Positions 54,938-64,000 of a stretch of DNA of 64,000 bases are shown piece after piece. The DNA is taken from the NCBI RefSeq assembly GCF_049510455.1, contig NZ_JBEKYX010000005.1, forward strand, positions 12,045 to 76,044. The letters are read 5' to 3'. The notes below the pieces were generated by a model. The model was not told the DNA's origin, searched no databases, and worked only from the letters and a program-made list of their open reading frames with translations. This DNA comes from Terracidiphilus sp. (GTDB taxonomy: Bacteria; Acidobacteriota; Terriglobia; Terriglobales; Acidobacteriaceae). Position 1 is the stretch's first letter, and each line of letters opens with the position of its first letter. The position numbers and the translations under genes are program-made.

Positions 54938-57013
54938 ATGATGCAAGGGACGAACGGCTTTGCTCTTCAAACAGCTGCATCTGGAATCACGCAGCTTTTG
55001 TGGCTGATTCCGGCCATACCAATGGTAGCTGCGGGCGTGATTGCTCTACTGAAACAGCCTGCACGGAAGCTTGCCGCAACGCTGGCCATTGGCTCGCTTG
55101 CGCTTTCGCTGCTTCTTGCGCTGGTTGCATTTAGTCATGTGCTCTCCGGCTGGACGAGCGGTCATAACGTTCGCGAGACAGCGAACTTTACCTGGTTGCA
55201 ATTCGGTACATCTACGGTCGATCTTGGCTGGGTCCTCGATCCGCTCTCCGCCGTGATGTTGGTGATGGTGACCTTCGTCGGTCTGCTCATCGTTATCTAC
55301 TCGACTGGCTACATGGCGCATGACGAAAACTTCACGCGGTTCTTCTGCTTTCTCTCGCTCTTTGCCGGTGCCATGCTCGGCGTGGTCATTGCGAACAGCC
55401 TGTTGCTATTGTTCATGTGCTGGGAACTGGTTGGCCTCACTTCGTATCTGCTGATCGGGTTCTGGTATCAGAAACCCTCCGCTGCCGCGGCTGCCAAGAA
55501 GGCGTTTCTGACTACACGGGTGGGAGATATTTTCTTCCTGCTTGGCATTGTGTGGCTCTTTGCGCAGACGGGAACGCTGCTTTTCTATAACAGCGGCGCG
55601 GGTTCAATGGAGCCTGCAGCTCTGAACGGCTTGCTGGCAGCACCGGCTGCGTTGGGACTGAGTGCGGCTACAGTGATCGGGCTGCTGATCTTTGCTGGCG
55701 CAGCCGGCAAAAGCGGCCAATTGCCGCTGCATGTGTGGCTGCCGGATGCGATGGAAGGTCCGACGCCTGTCTCTGCGTTGATTCACGCAGCGACGATGGT
55801 AGCTGCGGGCGTGTATTTAATCGCACGTGTTTACCCGCTGATGCAGGCAGGCACGCCGGCGGGCGGAATAACAACGGCGCTGACCGTGGTGACATGGGTG
55901 GGCGCAGCTACCGCGGTCTTTGCCGCGCTTATCGCCGTGGCTCAGGATGACATCAAGCGCATTCTGGCTTACTCTACGGTCTCACAGCTTGGGTACATGA
56001 TGGCTGGACTTGGATTAGGCGGCGTGGCGGTGGGCATGTTCCATCTGATTACGCATGCGTTCTTCAAGGCGCTCTTGTTTATGGGCGCGGGATCGGTGAT
56101 CCATGGCGTACATGAGGAGCAGGATGTGCGCAAGATGGGCGGCCTGCGGAAGGCGATGCCGCTCACGTTTGCGACATACGCGATTGGTATGCTTGCGCTG
56201 AGCGGATTCCCGATCGTCTTCTCTGGTTTTTGGAGCAAGGATGGAATTCTGGCGGCTGCGAAGGATGCGCATTTCAGCAGAGGACCGTTTTATCTGCTGG
56301 TGTTTGGCGCGGTCCTGACGGCGTTTTATATGACGCGCCAGGTTAGCTATGTCTTCTTTGGCAAGTGGCGTGGACATGGCCATGCGCATGAGAGCCCGGC
56401 AGTGATGACCGCACCGCTCGCTATTCTTGCCTTTTTTGCGATTGCGCTGGGTGTGATTGGGACGCCGGCGTGGCCGTGGTTCCGGAGTTTTCTCGAAGGG
56501 CATGCGGCTGCAATTGAGTTTGGGAAGTTTGGCGAATCAGAATTTCTAGTGTTGCTTCTGACCTCAACGTTAATTGTGCTCGTGGGGCTTGGGTTCGGTT
56601 GGCTACTGTATGGTTCGAAGTCGCCTGCGCCGGAAGAACGCGACGTGCTGGAAAAGGCCGTGCCACCGGTTTGGGCTGCACTGCGCAACCGCTTGTACGT
56701 GGATGAGTTTTATGGTGTGACGTTCATCGCGTTCTACAAATGGTGGGCGGAGGTTGCAGATTGGCTCGACCGGCGTGTATGGGGCGGGATTGTAGCGCTG
56801 GTGATATGGGTATTTGGCCGGCTGGCCCACTTCGATCGCTTCTTTGACAACGAATGGGTGAACGGTGGCTTTGACAAGGGCTGCGAGGAGCTTTACTCAG
56901 GCGGCGGTCTGCTGGCTCGCGTGCAGTCCGGACGCACGCAAACCTATCTGCGGCTGCTTGCTGTTGCCGTTGTTGTGCTGGCAGTCATTCTGATCTGGAG
57001 CAGCCGCCCATGA
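54938..57013 (+). CDS. nuoL: NADH-quinone oxidoreductase subunit L (long form, 691 aa)
   Basis: LPLHVWLPDAMEGPTPVSALIHAATMVAAGVYL motif, plus a long C-terminal segment before the last TM. Confidence 0.9.
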   Translation: MMQGTNGFALQTAASGITQLLWLIPAIPMVAAGVIALLKQPARKLAATLAIGSLALSLLLALVAFSHVLSGWTSGHNVRETANFTWLQFGTSTVDLGWVLDPLSAVMLVMVTFVGLLIVIYSTGYMAHDENFTRFFCFLSLFAGAMLGVVIANSLLLLFMCWELVGLTSYLLIGFWYQKPSAAAAAKKAFLTTRVGDIFFLLGIVWLFAQTGTLLFYNSGAGSMEPAALNGLLAAPAALGLSAATVIGLLIFAGAAGKSGQLPLHVWLPDAMEGPTPVSALIHAATMVAAGVYLIARVYPLMQAGTPAGGITTALTVVTWVGAATAVFAALIAVAQDDIKRILAYSTVSQLGYMMAGLGLGGVAVGMFHLITHAFFKALLFMGAGSVIHGVHEEQDVRKMGGLRKAMPLTFATYAIGMLALSGFPIVFSGFWSKDGILAAAKDAHFSRGPFYLLVFGAVLTAFYMTRQVSYVFFGKWRGHGHAHESPAVMTAPLAILAFFAIALGVIGTPAWPWFRSFLEGHAAAIEFGKFGESEFLVLLLTSTLIVLVGLGFGWLLYGSKSPAPEERDVLEKAVPPVWAALRNRLYVDEFYGVTFIAFYKWWAEVADWLDRRVWGGIVALVIWVFGRLAHFDRFFDNEWVNGGFDKGCEELYSGGGLLARVQSGRTQTYLRLLAVAVVVLAVILIWSSRP

Positions 57014-58542
57014 TCGGAACAGAGACGAACGGGATTCCAATGTTGACTTTGTTGACTGCGCTGCCAATTGTGGGAGCAGTGATTGCGCTCTTTGCTGGAA
57101 GGTTCGCGCGGCTGGTGGCGATGCTGGCTGCGGCTGCGAGCCTGGCGGTCGCACTCGTGGTATGGACGCATCTGCCGTCTGATGGAAGTATGGGTTTTGT
57201 GGAACGCGCTGCATGGGCGCCATCGCTTGGAATTGAATACCACCTTGGCGCGGACGGACTGAGCGCGCTGATGCTGGTGCTTTCTGCGATCGTGGCGCTC
57301 ATGTCGATTGATGCGGCCCACCGTGTGTACCGGCAGCCGAATCTATATTTCGCGTTGGTGTTATTGCTTGAAGCAGGACTTTTCGGCGCGTTTACAGCGC
57401 AGAATTTCTTCCATTGGTTTCTCTTTTGGGAGCTGAGTCTGATTCCTGCGTTTTTCCTGATCAAGCTCTGGGGCGGCGCGAAGCGTGGGCCGACTGCAAC
57501 GCAGTTTTTTGTGTATACGATGGCGGGCTCGGTGGCCCTGCTGCTGGCATTTCTTGGCGTGTTTCTGGCTACGGGCAGCATGGACTTTGAGCATTTGACA
57601 CTGCTTGCTTCCACGGGCGAGCTGGAGCAAATTGTTACCGCGCATCTGGGGCCGGTAATGCCGTGGCTGGCCGTGGGCGTGCTGGCAGGATTTGCAGTAA
57701 AGGTACCGCTGATGCCGTTTCATACATGGCTACCTGAAGCGTACAGTGAAGCGCCTTCTCCCGTAACGATGCTGCTGACGGGCACGATGTCGAAGATGGG
57801 CGTCTACGGTATGCTGCGGATTGCGTTGCCCCTATTTGGAGTGCAGATTGCTGCGATGCGGACGCCGCTGCTGGTGCTTGCGGTGGCGACGGTGGTGATG
57901 GGCGCGTGGGCTGCAGCAGCGCAGAAGGATCTGAAGCGGGTGTTTGCATACTCGTCTGTGAATCACCTGGGCTACTGCATGCTGGGAATCTTTGCGCTGG
58001 CGGTACCGGCGACAAGCGCGGCAATGCAGACGAGCCAGGCGGCAGCGTTGAATGGCGTGATTCTGCAGATGTTTAATCACGGCATTACAGCAGCGGCGCT
58101 GTTCTGGTTTATTGCGCTCCTGCAGGAACGTAGTGGAGGAGCGCGCGGAATTGACGACTTTGGCGGACTGCGCAAGCCTGCCCCAGTTTTTGCGGGACTG
58201 ATGGGGATTGCGCTGTTCTCGTCGCTCGGGCTCCCCGGACTGAATGGATTCGTGGGCGAGTTTCTCATCTTCCGTGGGGTGTTTCCGCTGGCGTGGGTGG
58301 CGGCCACCGTAAGTGTGCTGGGATTGCTGGTGACTGCCGCGGTGATTCTCACGGTGATTCAGAAAGTTTTTGCGGGCCCTGTGCCTGAGCGCTGGACTGC
58401 GTTTGCCGATCTGCATACCGGAGAGCGTCTGGCGCTGGCTCCGGTGATTGCGCTGATGCTGCTCATCGGCCTGCTGCCGCAGTTGATTGTGGACGGCGTC
58501 AATCCCACGGTGGTGAACCTGCTGGCGCACTGGAGATTTTAA
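57010..58542 (+). CDS. nuoM: NADH-quinone oxidoreductase subunit M (copy 1)
   Basis: MPFHTWLPEAYSEAPSPVTMLLTGTMSKMGVYGMLR and FAYSSVNHLGY motifs. ATGA overlap with nuoL. Confidence 0.85.
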   Translation: MIGTETNGIPMLTLLTALPIVGAVIALFAGRFARLVAMLAAAASLAVALVVWTHLPSDGSMGFVERAAWAPSLGIEYHLGADGLSALMLVLSAIVALMSIDAAHRVYRQPNLYFALVLLLEAGLFGAFTAQNFFHWFLFWELSLIPAFFLIKLWGGAKRGPTATQFFVYTMAGSVALLLAFLGVFLATGSMDFEHLTLLASTGELEQIVTAHLGPVMPWLAVGVLAGFAVKVPLMPFHTWLPEAYSEAPSPVTMLLTGTMSKMGVYGMLRIALPLFGVQIAAMRTPLLVLAVATVVMGAWAAAAQKDLKRVFAYSSVNHLGYCMLGIFALAVPATSAAMQTSQAAALNGVILQMFNHGITAAALFWFIALLQERSGGARGIDDFGGLRKPAPVFAGLMGIALFSSLGLPGLNGFVGEFLIFRGVFPLAWVAATVSVLGLLVTAAVILTVIQKVFAGPVPERWTAFADLHTGERLALAPVIALMLLIGLLPQLIVDGVNPTVVNLLAHWRF

Positions 58543-58548
58543 GAACCG

Positions 58549-60051
58549 ATGCTTGCCTGGACGATTTATCTCTCATTTGCCGGCGCGTTAGTTGAGGCTC
58601 TGCTGCCCAAGGGCAAGCCTGCGCTTGCGCGCGCAGTGGCTCTCGTGGTGGCATTGGCCGGGCTTGTAATTGCGATTTGTGGATTTGCCGGCGGCGCGGG
58701 TCAAGGGCGCGTGGTGCTGGTGGACACGCCGTGGGTGCCTGCAATGGGGATTCATTACACTCTGGCGGCGGATGGAATCAGCCGCGTGCTGGTGCTGCTG
58801 ACCGGACTGGCTGCTGTGGCTGGCGTGCTGTTCAGTTGGAATATCGAGCTGAGGACGAATGAGTTTTTTGCGTTTTTCCTGGCGCTGATTGGCGGTGTGT
58901 ACGGCGTATTTCTAAGCTTCGACCTGTTCCTGCTGTTTGTGTTCTATGAGATCGCAATTGTGCCGAAGTATTTTTTGATTGCGATCTGGGGTTCGACACG
59001 GCGGGAGTACGCCGCGATGAAGCTGGCGCTTTATTCGTTTGCCGGCTCGGCAATGGTGCTGATCGGACTGCTGGCCGCGTATGCGATGGCAGGCAGCCAT
59101 TCGACGGGGATTGTCGAGTTGGGCCATGCGGCGCTGCCGGTGAGCTTTCAAATGTGGGCGTTTCCGCTGGTGTTTGTGGGATTCGCAATTCTGGCCGGTA
59201 TGTGGCCATTCCACACATGGGCGCCGACTGGTCACGTAGCTGCGCCGACTGCAGCTTCGATGCTGCTGGCCGGCGTGGTCATGAAGCTGGGTGCATACGG
59301 GTGCCTGCGTGTGGCGATGGGATTGTTCCCGCACGGTATGGACCCGTGGGGCTTCGGCTTTCTCGGCATTGGATCGTGGCGAGATGTTTTTGCTGTGCTG
59401 GCGGTGATTGGGATTATTTATGGTGCGCTGGTGGCGCTGGTGCAGACGGATTTCAAATTTGTCATTGGCTACTCGAGCGTGAGTCACATGGGATTTGTGC
59501 TGCTGGGGTTGATGACGTTGAACCAGATTGGCGTGACGGGCGCGGTGCTGCAGATGTTTTCGCACGGCGTGCTTGCGGGACTGCTGTTCGGCATTGTGGG
59601 GCGGATTGTGTACGAGCGAACGCACACGCGGCAACTGGCGGAACTGGAGACGATGCACCTTTCAAAGCGGCTGCCGTTTGCGGCGTGGGGATTCGCGATT
59701 GCGGGCATCGCTTCGATGGGATTGCCAGGTTTTTCGGGGTTTGTGGCGGAGTTGCAGGTGCTTGTCGGGTCATGGAAAGCCGATCCGTGGTGGACTGCTG
59801 CGGCCGGCGTTGGCATCGTGATCGGTGTTGCGTACACGTGGCGAGCATTGCAGAAGGCATTCTTCAGCGATGCGCCGTCTATGGCGCACACTCATGAGCA
59901 TGGACACGAGCTGGCTGCGATTACGTGGCCCGAGGTGACGGGATTTACGTTGCTGGCGGCGACGAGTCTGCTGGTGGGCTTGTGGCCGCGGGTACTGCTG
60001 GATTCGATTGAGCCGGCGGTGAAAGCGCTGCTTGCGGGAGGTGCGCAATGA
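58549..60051 (+). CDS. nuoM: Second NuoM-type antiporter-like subunit (copy 2)
   Basis: WPFHTWAPTGHVAAPTAASMLLAGVVMKLGAYGCLR and IGYSSVSHMGF. The pattern is M-type rather than N-type. Confidence 0.8.
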   Translation: MLAWTIYLSFAGALVEALLPKGKPALARAVALVVALAGLVIAICGFAGGAGQGRVVLVDTPWVPAMGIHYTLAADGISRVLVLLTGLAAVAGVLFSWNIELRTNEFFAFFLALIGGVYGVFLSFDLFLLFVFYEIAIVPKYFLIAIWGSTRREYAAMKLALYSFAGSAMVLIGLLAAYAMAGSHSTGIVELGHAALPVSFQMWAFPLVFVGFAILAGMWPFHTWAPTGHVAAPTAASMLLAGVVMKLGAYGCLRVAMGLFPHGMDPWGFGFLGIGSWRDVFAVLAVIGIIYGALVALVQTDFKFVIGYSSVSHMGFVLLGLMTLNQIGVTGAVLQMFSHGVLAGLLFGIVGRIVYERTHTRQLAELETMHLSKRLPFAAWGFAIAGIASMGLPGFSGFVAELQVLVGSWKADPWWTAAAGVGIVIGVAYTWRALQKAFFSDAPSMAHTHEHGHELAAITWPEVTGFTLLAATSLLVGLWPRVLLDSIEPAVKALLAGGAQ

Positions 60052-61610
60052 ATTATGGCGAACTCTTCCACGTGACGCTGCCGGAGACGGCTCTTGACCT
60101 TGCTGCGCTTCTTGTACTGCTTGTTGATCTGGCTTTTCTGCGCAAGGCTGCGTTACAAGTGCGCCTAAGTTCGGCCGCTGTGATCGGCGTGATTGGATGC
60201 TTGGCCGCAATGTGGGCGGTTGGCATGCAGACTAGCGCTGGATTCAGTGTTGATGGTTTGCTTGTGCTGGCCAATGGCGGTGTTACTGCCGTGGCGCAGA
60301 TGGGCGTACTGGTTTTGACTGCGGTAACGCTGCTGCTGCTGATTGATTCGAGCTTTACGAAGCATCCGGGCGAGTTTGTTGCTGTTGTGCTGATGGCGGC
60401 GTCCGGTGGGCTAGTGATTTCCGCGGCGCGGGATCTGCTTGTCATCTTTATCGGTCTCGAGTTGCTGAGTATTGGGCTATATATCCTGACGGCGTTTGGT
60501 AAGACTTCTGCGAAGAGTGCTGAGGCGGCGCTGAAGTACTACTTGTTTGGTGGAATGTCGGCGGCGTTTTTGTTATTTGGGTTCAGCTATTTTTACGGTC
60601 TGACCGGCAGTACGAATCTGTATGAGATTCAGAGTTCGATTGCCAATTCGGGTTCGTCGCCGCTACTGATTGTGGCGTGGGTTTTAGTTGTAGCAGGGTT
60701 GGGATTCAAGGTTGCGGCGGTCCCGTTTCATTTGTGGGCTCCTGACACTTATGAAGGCGCACCTGCTCCGGCGGCGGCGTTTATCGCATCGGTTTCTAAG
60801 ATTGCAAGTTTTACGTTACTGCTGACTTTCAGTTTTCAGTGGTTGCAGGTTTCGAATGAATATCTGAGCGGTGCGCGACCAGCGGTTGAGCATTACATCG
60901 TCAGCGCTTATCAAAGCTGGCAGCATCTTGCGCTGGTGTTGTTGATTGCTGCCGTCGCTTCGATGATTGTGGGCAATCTAGCGGCATTGGCACAGACGAG
61001 TGTCAGACGGCTACTGGCTTATTCCGCGATTGCACATGCTGGCTATATCCTGCTCGGAATTGCGATTTATTCGACCTACTCTGGGCAAAGCGATGTGATG
61101 TCGTTCTGGGGAAATGCCTTTAATGCTGGTGTCATAAGCCAGAACGCAGTTCTCTACTATGTGCTGACGTACGGACTGACGACGATTGGGGCTTTCGGCG
61201 TAATCGGCGTCGTGGAGCGTACGACGGGTAGCGATAAGCTGGATGCGTTTCTTGGGCTACATAAGCGAAACCCTGTGCTGGCTGCGGTGCTGTTGATTCT
61301 CTTCCTTTCTCTGGCGGGGATTCCGCCGCTGGTTGGCTTCTGGGCGAAGTTCAATCTCTTTGCCGCGGTACTAGCTGTCGGCGGTGGGGTGTGGCCGTTT
61401 GCATTGGTGGCGCTGGCGGTGGCGATGAGTGCTGTTTCGCTTTACTACTATCTGCAGGTGCTGAAACGCGCTTATGTAATGCCGGCGGTGGATGATACTC
61501 CGATCCACGTACATCCAGTGACGATGCTGGTGCTGATGGCGATTGCGGCGGCAGTGGTGCTGGCGGGCTGCTTGCCGTCGGTGCTACAGGGCTGGATTGC
61601 GAGCTTTTAA
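60048..61610 (+). CDS. nuoN: NADH-quinone oxidoreductase subunit N
   Basis: VPFHLWAPDTYEGAPAPAAAFIASVSKIA and LLAYSAIAHAGY motifs. ATGA overlap with the preceding gene. Confidence 0.85.
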   Translation: MNYGELFHVTLPETALDLAALLVLLVDLAFLRKAALQVRLSSAAVIGVIGCLAAMWAVGMQTSAGFSVDGLLVLANGGVTAVAQMGVLVLTAVTLLLLIDSSFTKHPGEFVAVVLMAASGGLVISAARDLLVIFIGLELLSIGLYILTAFGKTSAKSAEAALKYYLFGGMSAAFLLFGFSYFYGLTGSTNLYEIQSSIANSGSSPLLIVAWVLVVAGLGFKVAAVPFHLWAPDTYEGAPAPAAAFIASVSKIASFTLLLTFSFQWLQVSNEYLSGARPAVEHYIVSAYQSWQHLALVLLIAAVASMIVGNLAALAQTSVRRLLAYSAIAHAGYILLGIAIYSTYSGQSDVMSFWGNAFNAGVISQNAVLYYVLTYGLTTIGAFGVIGVVERTTGSDKLDAFLGLHKRNPVLAAVLLILFLSLAGIPPLVGFWAKFNLFAAVLAVGGGVWPFALVALAVAMSAVSLYYYLQVLKRAYVMPAVDDTPIHVHPVTMLVLMAIAAAVVLAGCLPSVLQGWIASF

Positions 61611-61627
61611 AGCCACCAAAGCGAAGC

Positions 61628-61664
61628 CCCCGATCCGAATTCGGACCGGGGACTTTGCTTTTTG
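61628..61664 (+). terminator. Intrinsic terminator after the nuo operon (possibly bidirectional)
   Basis: CCCCGATCCG-AATT-CGGACCGGGG (one mismatch) followed by ACTTTGCTTTTTG. It sits between convergent genes. Confidence 0.65.
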
Positions 61665-61670
61665 CAGGTT

Positions 61671-63350
61671 TTAGAACTTCACGAGAATTGCTCCAGTTAT
61701 GCGGTTTTCAGTCTTGCGCAGATCAGGCGTCCATCCGGGAACAATAGAGCCAGGTGCGCCTTGGTTTCCGCCCGGCGGGGTAATGCCTCCAGGACCCGTA
61801 AAGTAGGGCACATCGGCGGCACGGTGGTTGTATTCCATCCTCCACGTGATGTATTGGCTCGGCATATAGTCGACAGTGGCAGACGTATCCCACGCCTTGT
61901 ACTTGTCGCCCGGATTCTCTGTGAAGTACGGCGTGCCGGAGGTTGCTGTGGCTCCATTGATGGGCGGCAGCAGCACGAGGTAGCGTCCGGGGTTGTTAAT
62001 GCCTCCACCGCCGATGGTAAGCGCGAATAGGTCACGGTCAAACCAGAGGCGATTATAGGCCATGTAGCCGATGAAGCTCTGCTTTGGACCTTTTGCGGAG
62101 TCGCCGGCGCAGCTTACGCTGGTTCCTGCCTGCACGTTGCCGCCGTGCTCGCAGCCCAGGTCAAAGGTGAGAGAGAAGGCTCCTTTGTCGAGACCGCGCG
62201 ACTTGGTATCGAAGTACTTGTACTCGACGCTGTCGTCGGTGTGGTAGCGGACACGTCCGGGAACGCCGAGCACATCCTCGCCGAGCGCATATTGATTGCC
62301 GAGGATGGAGAGCTTGCCGTTGGGGCGCCAGAGTATCTGGCCGCCTACGCCGGGACGGTTATTAAAGCGGCCATACGACTGCCAGCCATTGACGAACCAC
62401 GGCTCAATCTTCAATTTGTCCGTGAGGAATATCTGCGTGCGGACACCGGTAAAAAACCATGGTGTGTTGGACGAGACATACGAGGGCTGATAAGCCCAGT
62501 TGTCAAAGTTGTAATAGCTGAAGAGGCCAACGTAGGACATGAAGATACCTGCATCGACGTTGATGCCGTGCAGGGCATTCCAGTGGTAGCCGCCGTAAGC
62601 TTCCGAGAGATAACGGTAAGCGTCAGCTAAATCCCATTGGCCACGAGAGTAGCTGGCATCATTGCGCGGAGTGGTGGTGGAGTACATGCCGAACTGCGTC
62701 ATGAAGCGTGCGCGGACGTTGTCATAGTGAAAGTCGCCACCGACGCCAAGCTGCGTGAGCTGTACTTCATTCGCGCGGAAGACTTCGCTGGAGCCGCCGA
62801 TGGTGTCGTCCTGAGGATGGCGGAAGTCGTATGTGTAGTCGACGTCAGCGCGGACTTCCGGTGTGAAGAACTTGGAATCGAAGGCAGCGTCTTTGGTGCG
62901 CGGGTTGCCGTTAAGCCATGTGAAATCGGCAAAGGCAAAAGGCGCGCTCTTCTCCGCAGAACCAGAATTGACGGGAGCCGAAGATACCGCGACAGCGGTT
63001 GATGAGTCAGGCGAACCTGCTTTGACCGTAGGCGCTACAGAATCATGCGCGGCCGCTGATAGTTGCTCTGCGGGTTGTGGGGTGGGCTGCGGCGCACCGT
63101 TAGCGGAGCTCTTCGCTTTCAACTGGGCTTCGAGCTGTTCGATGCGCTGTTTCATTGCTTCGAGCTCGCGTAGCAGTGCTGCATTGGTGTCGGAGCCGTT
63201 GCTGGTCGACGCAGGCGCAGTTTCAGGGGAGCCGGTGCGGGGATCGGTTGTGGTTTGCGAGTAAGCGGACTGGTTAAGAAAAACAAAAGCGAGAGCAACA
63301 AGGATGGGAGAGATAAGCTGCCTATGCAGCATTGTGAGACGCCGGAACAT
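61671..63350 (-). CDS. Putative outer-membrane porin with N-terminal coiled-coil
   Basis: Signal peptide, coiled coil LRELEAMKQRIEQLEAQLKA, aromatic/Gly-rich beta-strand pattern, and C-terminal ...GAILVKF. Confidence 0.7.
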   Translation of the reverse strand: MFRRLTMLHRQLISPILVALAFVFLNQSAYSQTTTDPRTGSPETAPASTSNGSDTNAALLRELEAMKQRIEQLEAQLKAKSSANGAPQPTPQPAEQLSAAAHDSVAPTVKAGSPDSSTAVAVSSAPVNSGSAEKSAPFAFADFTWLNGNPRTKDAAFDSKFFTPEVRADVDYTYDFRHPQDDTIGGSSEVFRANEVQLTQLGVGGDFHYDNVRARFMTQFGMYSTTTPRNDASYSRGQWDLADAYRYLSEAYGGYHWNALHGINVDAGIFMSYVGLFSYYNFDNWAYQPSYVSSNTPWFFTGVRTQIFLTDKLKIEPWFVNGWQSYGRFNNRPGVGGQILWRPNGKLSILGNQYALGEDVLGVPGRVRYHTDDSVEYKYFDTKSRGLDKGAFSLTFDLGCEHGGNVQAGTSVSCAGDSAKGPKQSFIGYMAYNRLWFDRDLFALTIGGGGINNPGRYLVLLPPINGATATSGTPYFTENPGDKYKAWDTSATVDYMPSQYITWRMEYNHRAADVPYFTGPGGITPPGGNQGAPGSIVPGWTPDLRKTENRITGAILVKF

Positions 63351-63628
63351 TGAAGTTTCCTTTCAGCCACCCAACTAGCGAATGGGCGGTACGGGCCGGA
63401 GTCCAGCAGAGACTAGATTCTTCTGGACCGCAACATAGATTACGCCGCATATTGCAAGAAGGGTGAAAGAGAATCATGAGGAAGTCATAAGAACTATGTT
63501 AGGCAATAAGACAGATATATAGGCTAAGTAACAGAAACATAAAGACTAGAATAGTCCCGCCGCTGGCTGCGGATGTGATCTGGCATTTTTAAAGACAGCC
63601 TTTAGCTGTTAGCTCTTAGCTTCTAACT

Positions 63629-63659
63629 GTTCCAGGTCTCAAATCCAGAGACCTGGAAC
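63629..63659. repeat. Perfect 12-bp-stem hairpin in an ORF-free region
   Basis: GTTCCAGGTCTC-AAATCCA-GAGACCTGGAAC. Confidence 0.8.
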
Positions 63660-64000
63660 CCCAATTGAATGGCAGATTCAGCTTGACGGATCCAAGAACG
63701 GCGCTTGGTGCCGGGAGCGTTTTCGCTTTTCATTTGCCTTGGAAGCATGTTTTCTGGCTGAGGAGGCATTCTGCTATTAAGTCTTTTATTTGTATATCTT
63801 AGAGTGCATTTCTGGTATTTACCAATATGTAGACAAAACTTGTTACTTACGGGGGGGGCACCCTCAAGAAACTTTGCGCAATTTGCACATTAATTCGCGA
63901 AATCTGTCACACTAAAGCATCTCTCCCGAAGGTATAAAGTTCGGACGCCCCACCCTCGCCGCGTATTCGTATTAGCGGCCAGGCAGGGATCGCCCCACAG

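Noticed and set aside
1-64000. rRNA or tRNA genes, transposases, integrases, prophage genes
   Set aside because: I scanned ORF translations and intergenic regions and found no DDE/tyrosine recombinase motifs, phage structural genes, 16S/23S-like stretches or cloverleaf-like sequence. Absence by eye is not proof, so tRNAscan-SE, barrnap and ISfinder should confirm.

Overview
This is a 64-kb chromosomal segment, high in GC (roughly 58-60% by eye) and densely coding on both strands. All family names below come from motifs I recognise in the translated ORFs; no searches were run.

Likely source: the gene content suggests an Acidobacteriota (Terriglobia-like) genome. The supporting genes are a PadR regulator followed by two tandem MacB/FtsX-type 'ADOP' permeases, a TonB-dependent receptor with a carboxypeptidase-regulatory-like N-terminus, a DUF1800/DUF1501 pair, an ECF sigma with a zf-HC2 anti-sigma, and a multihaem cytochrome fused to TPR repeats. 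This assignment is an inference.

Most of the window is housekeeping or envelope functions:
- pyrD, ilvE, pncB and two cyclophilins
- S10 and M16 peptidases
- a PfkB sugar kinase
- a PQQ-dependent sugar dehydrogenase with a dihaem cytochrome c
- an OmpR-type two-component system
- an RHH-PIN toxin-antitoxin pair

Most notable coding locus: a 12-gene nuo operon at 49.5-61.6 kb.
- It lacks nuoE, nuoF and nuoG.
- nuoI comes before nuoH.
- It carries two tandem NuoM-type genes, so there are four antiporter-like subunits in total.
- NuoL is unusually long (691 aa). Together these fit a '2M-type' complex I-like enzyme.

Other coding oddities:
- a 994-aa membrane-anchored protein built from about 11 degenerate ~45-50-aa repeats
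- a stand-alone protein with a PD-(D/E)XK-like motif
- an SmtA/BmtA-like metallothionein
- a soluble ZAS-type anti-sigma factor
- an isolated FtsX-domain remnant

The non-coding DNA is unusually structured:
- CTGAYCY heptamer arrays, rich in GATC sites, sit directly 5' of three genes.
- A ~135-bp three-hairpin dispersed element occurs in 2-3 copies.
- A perfect 5 x 38-bp tandem array of hairpin units lies in the sigE-like/pncB divergent promoter region.
- Several other perfect hairpins are present.

I recognised no rRNA, tRNA, CRISPR array, transposase or integrase.
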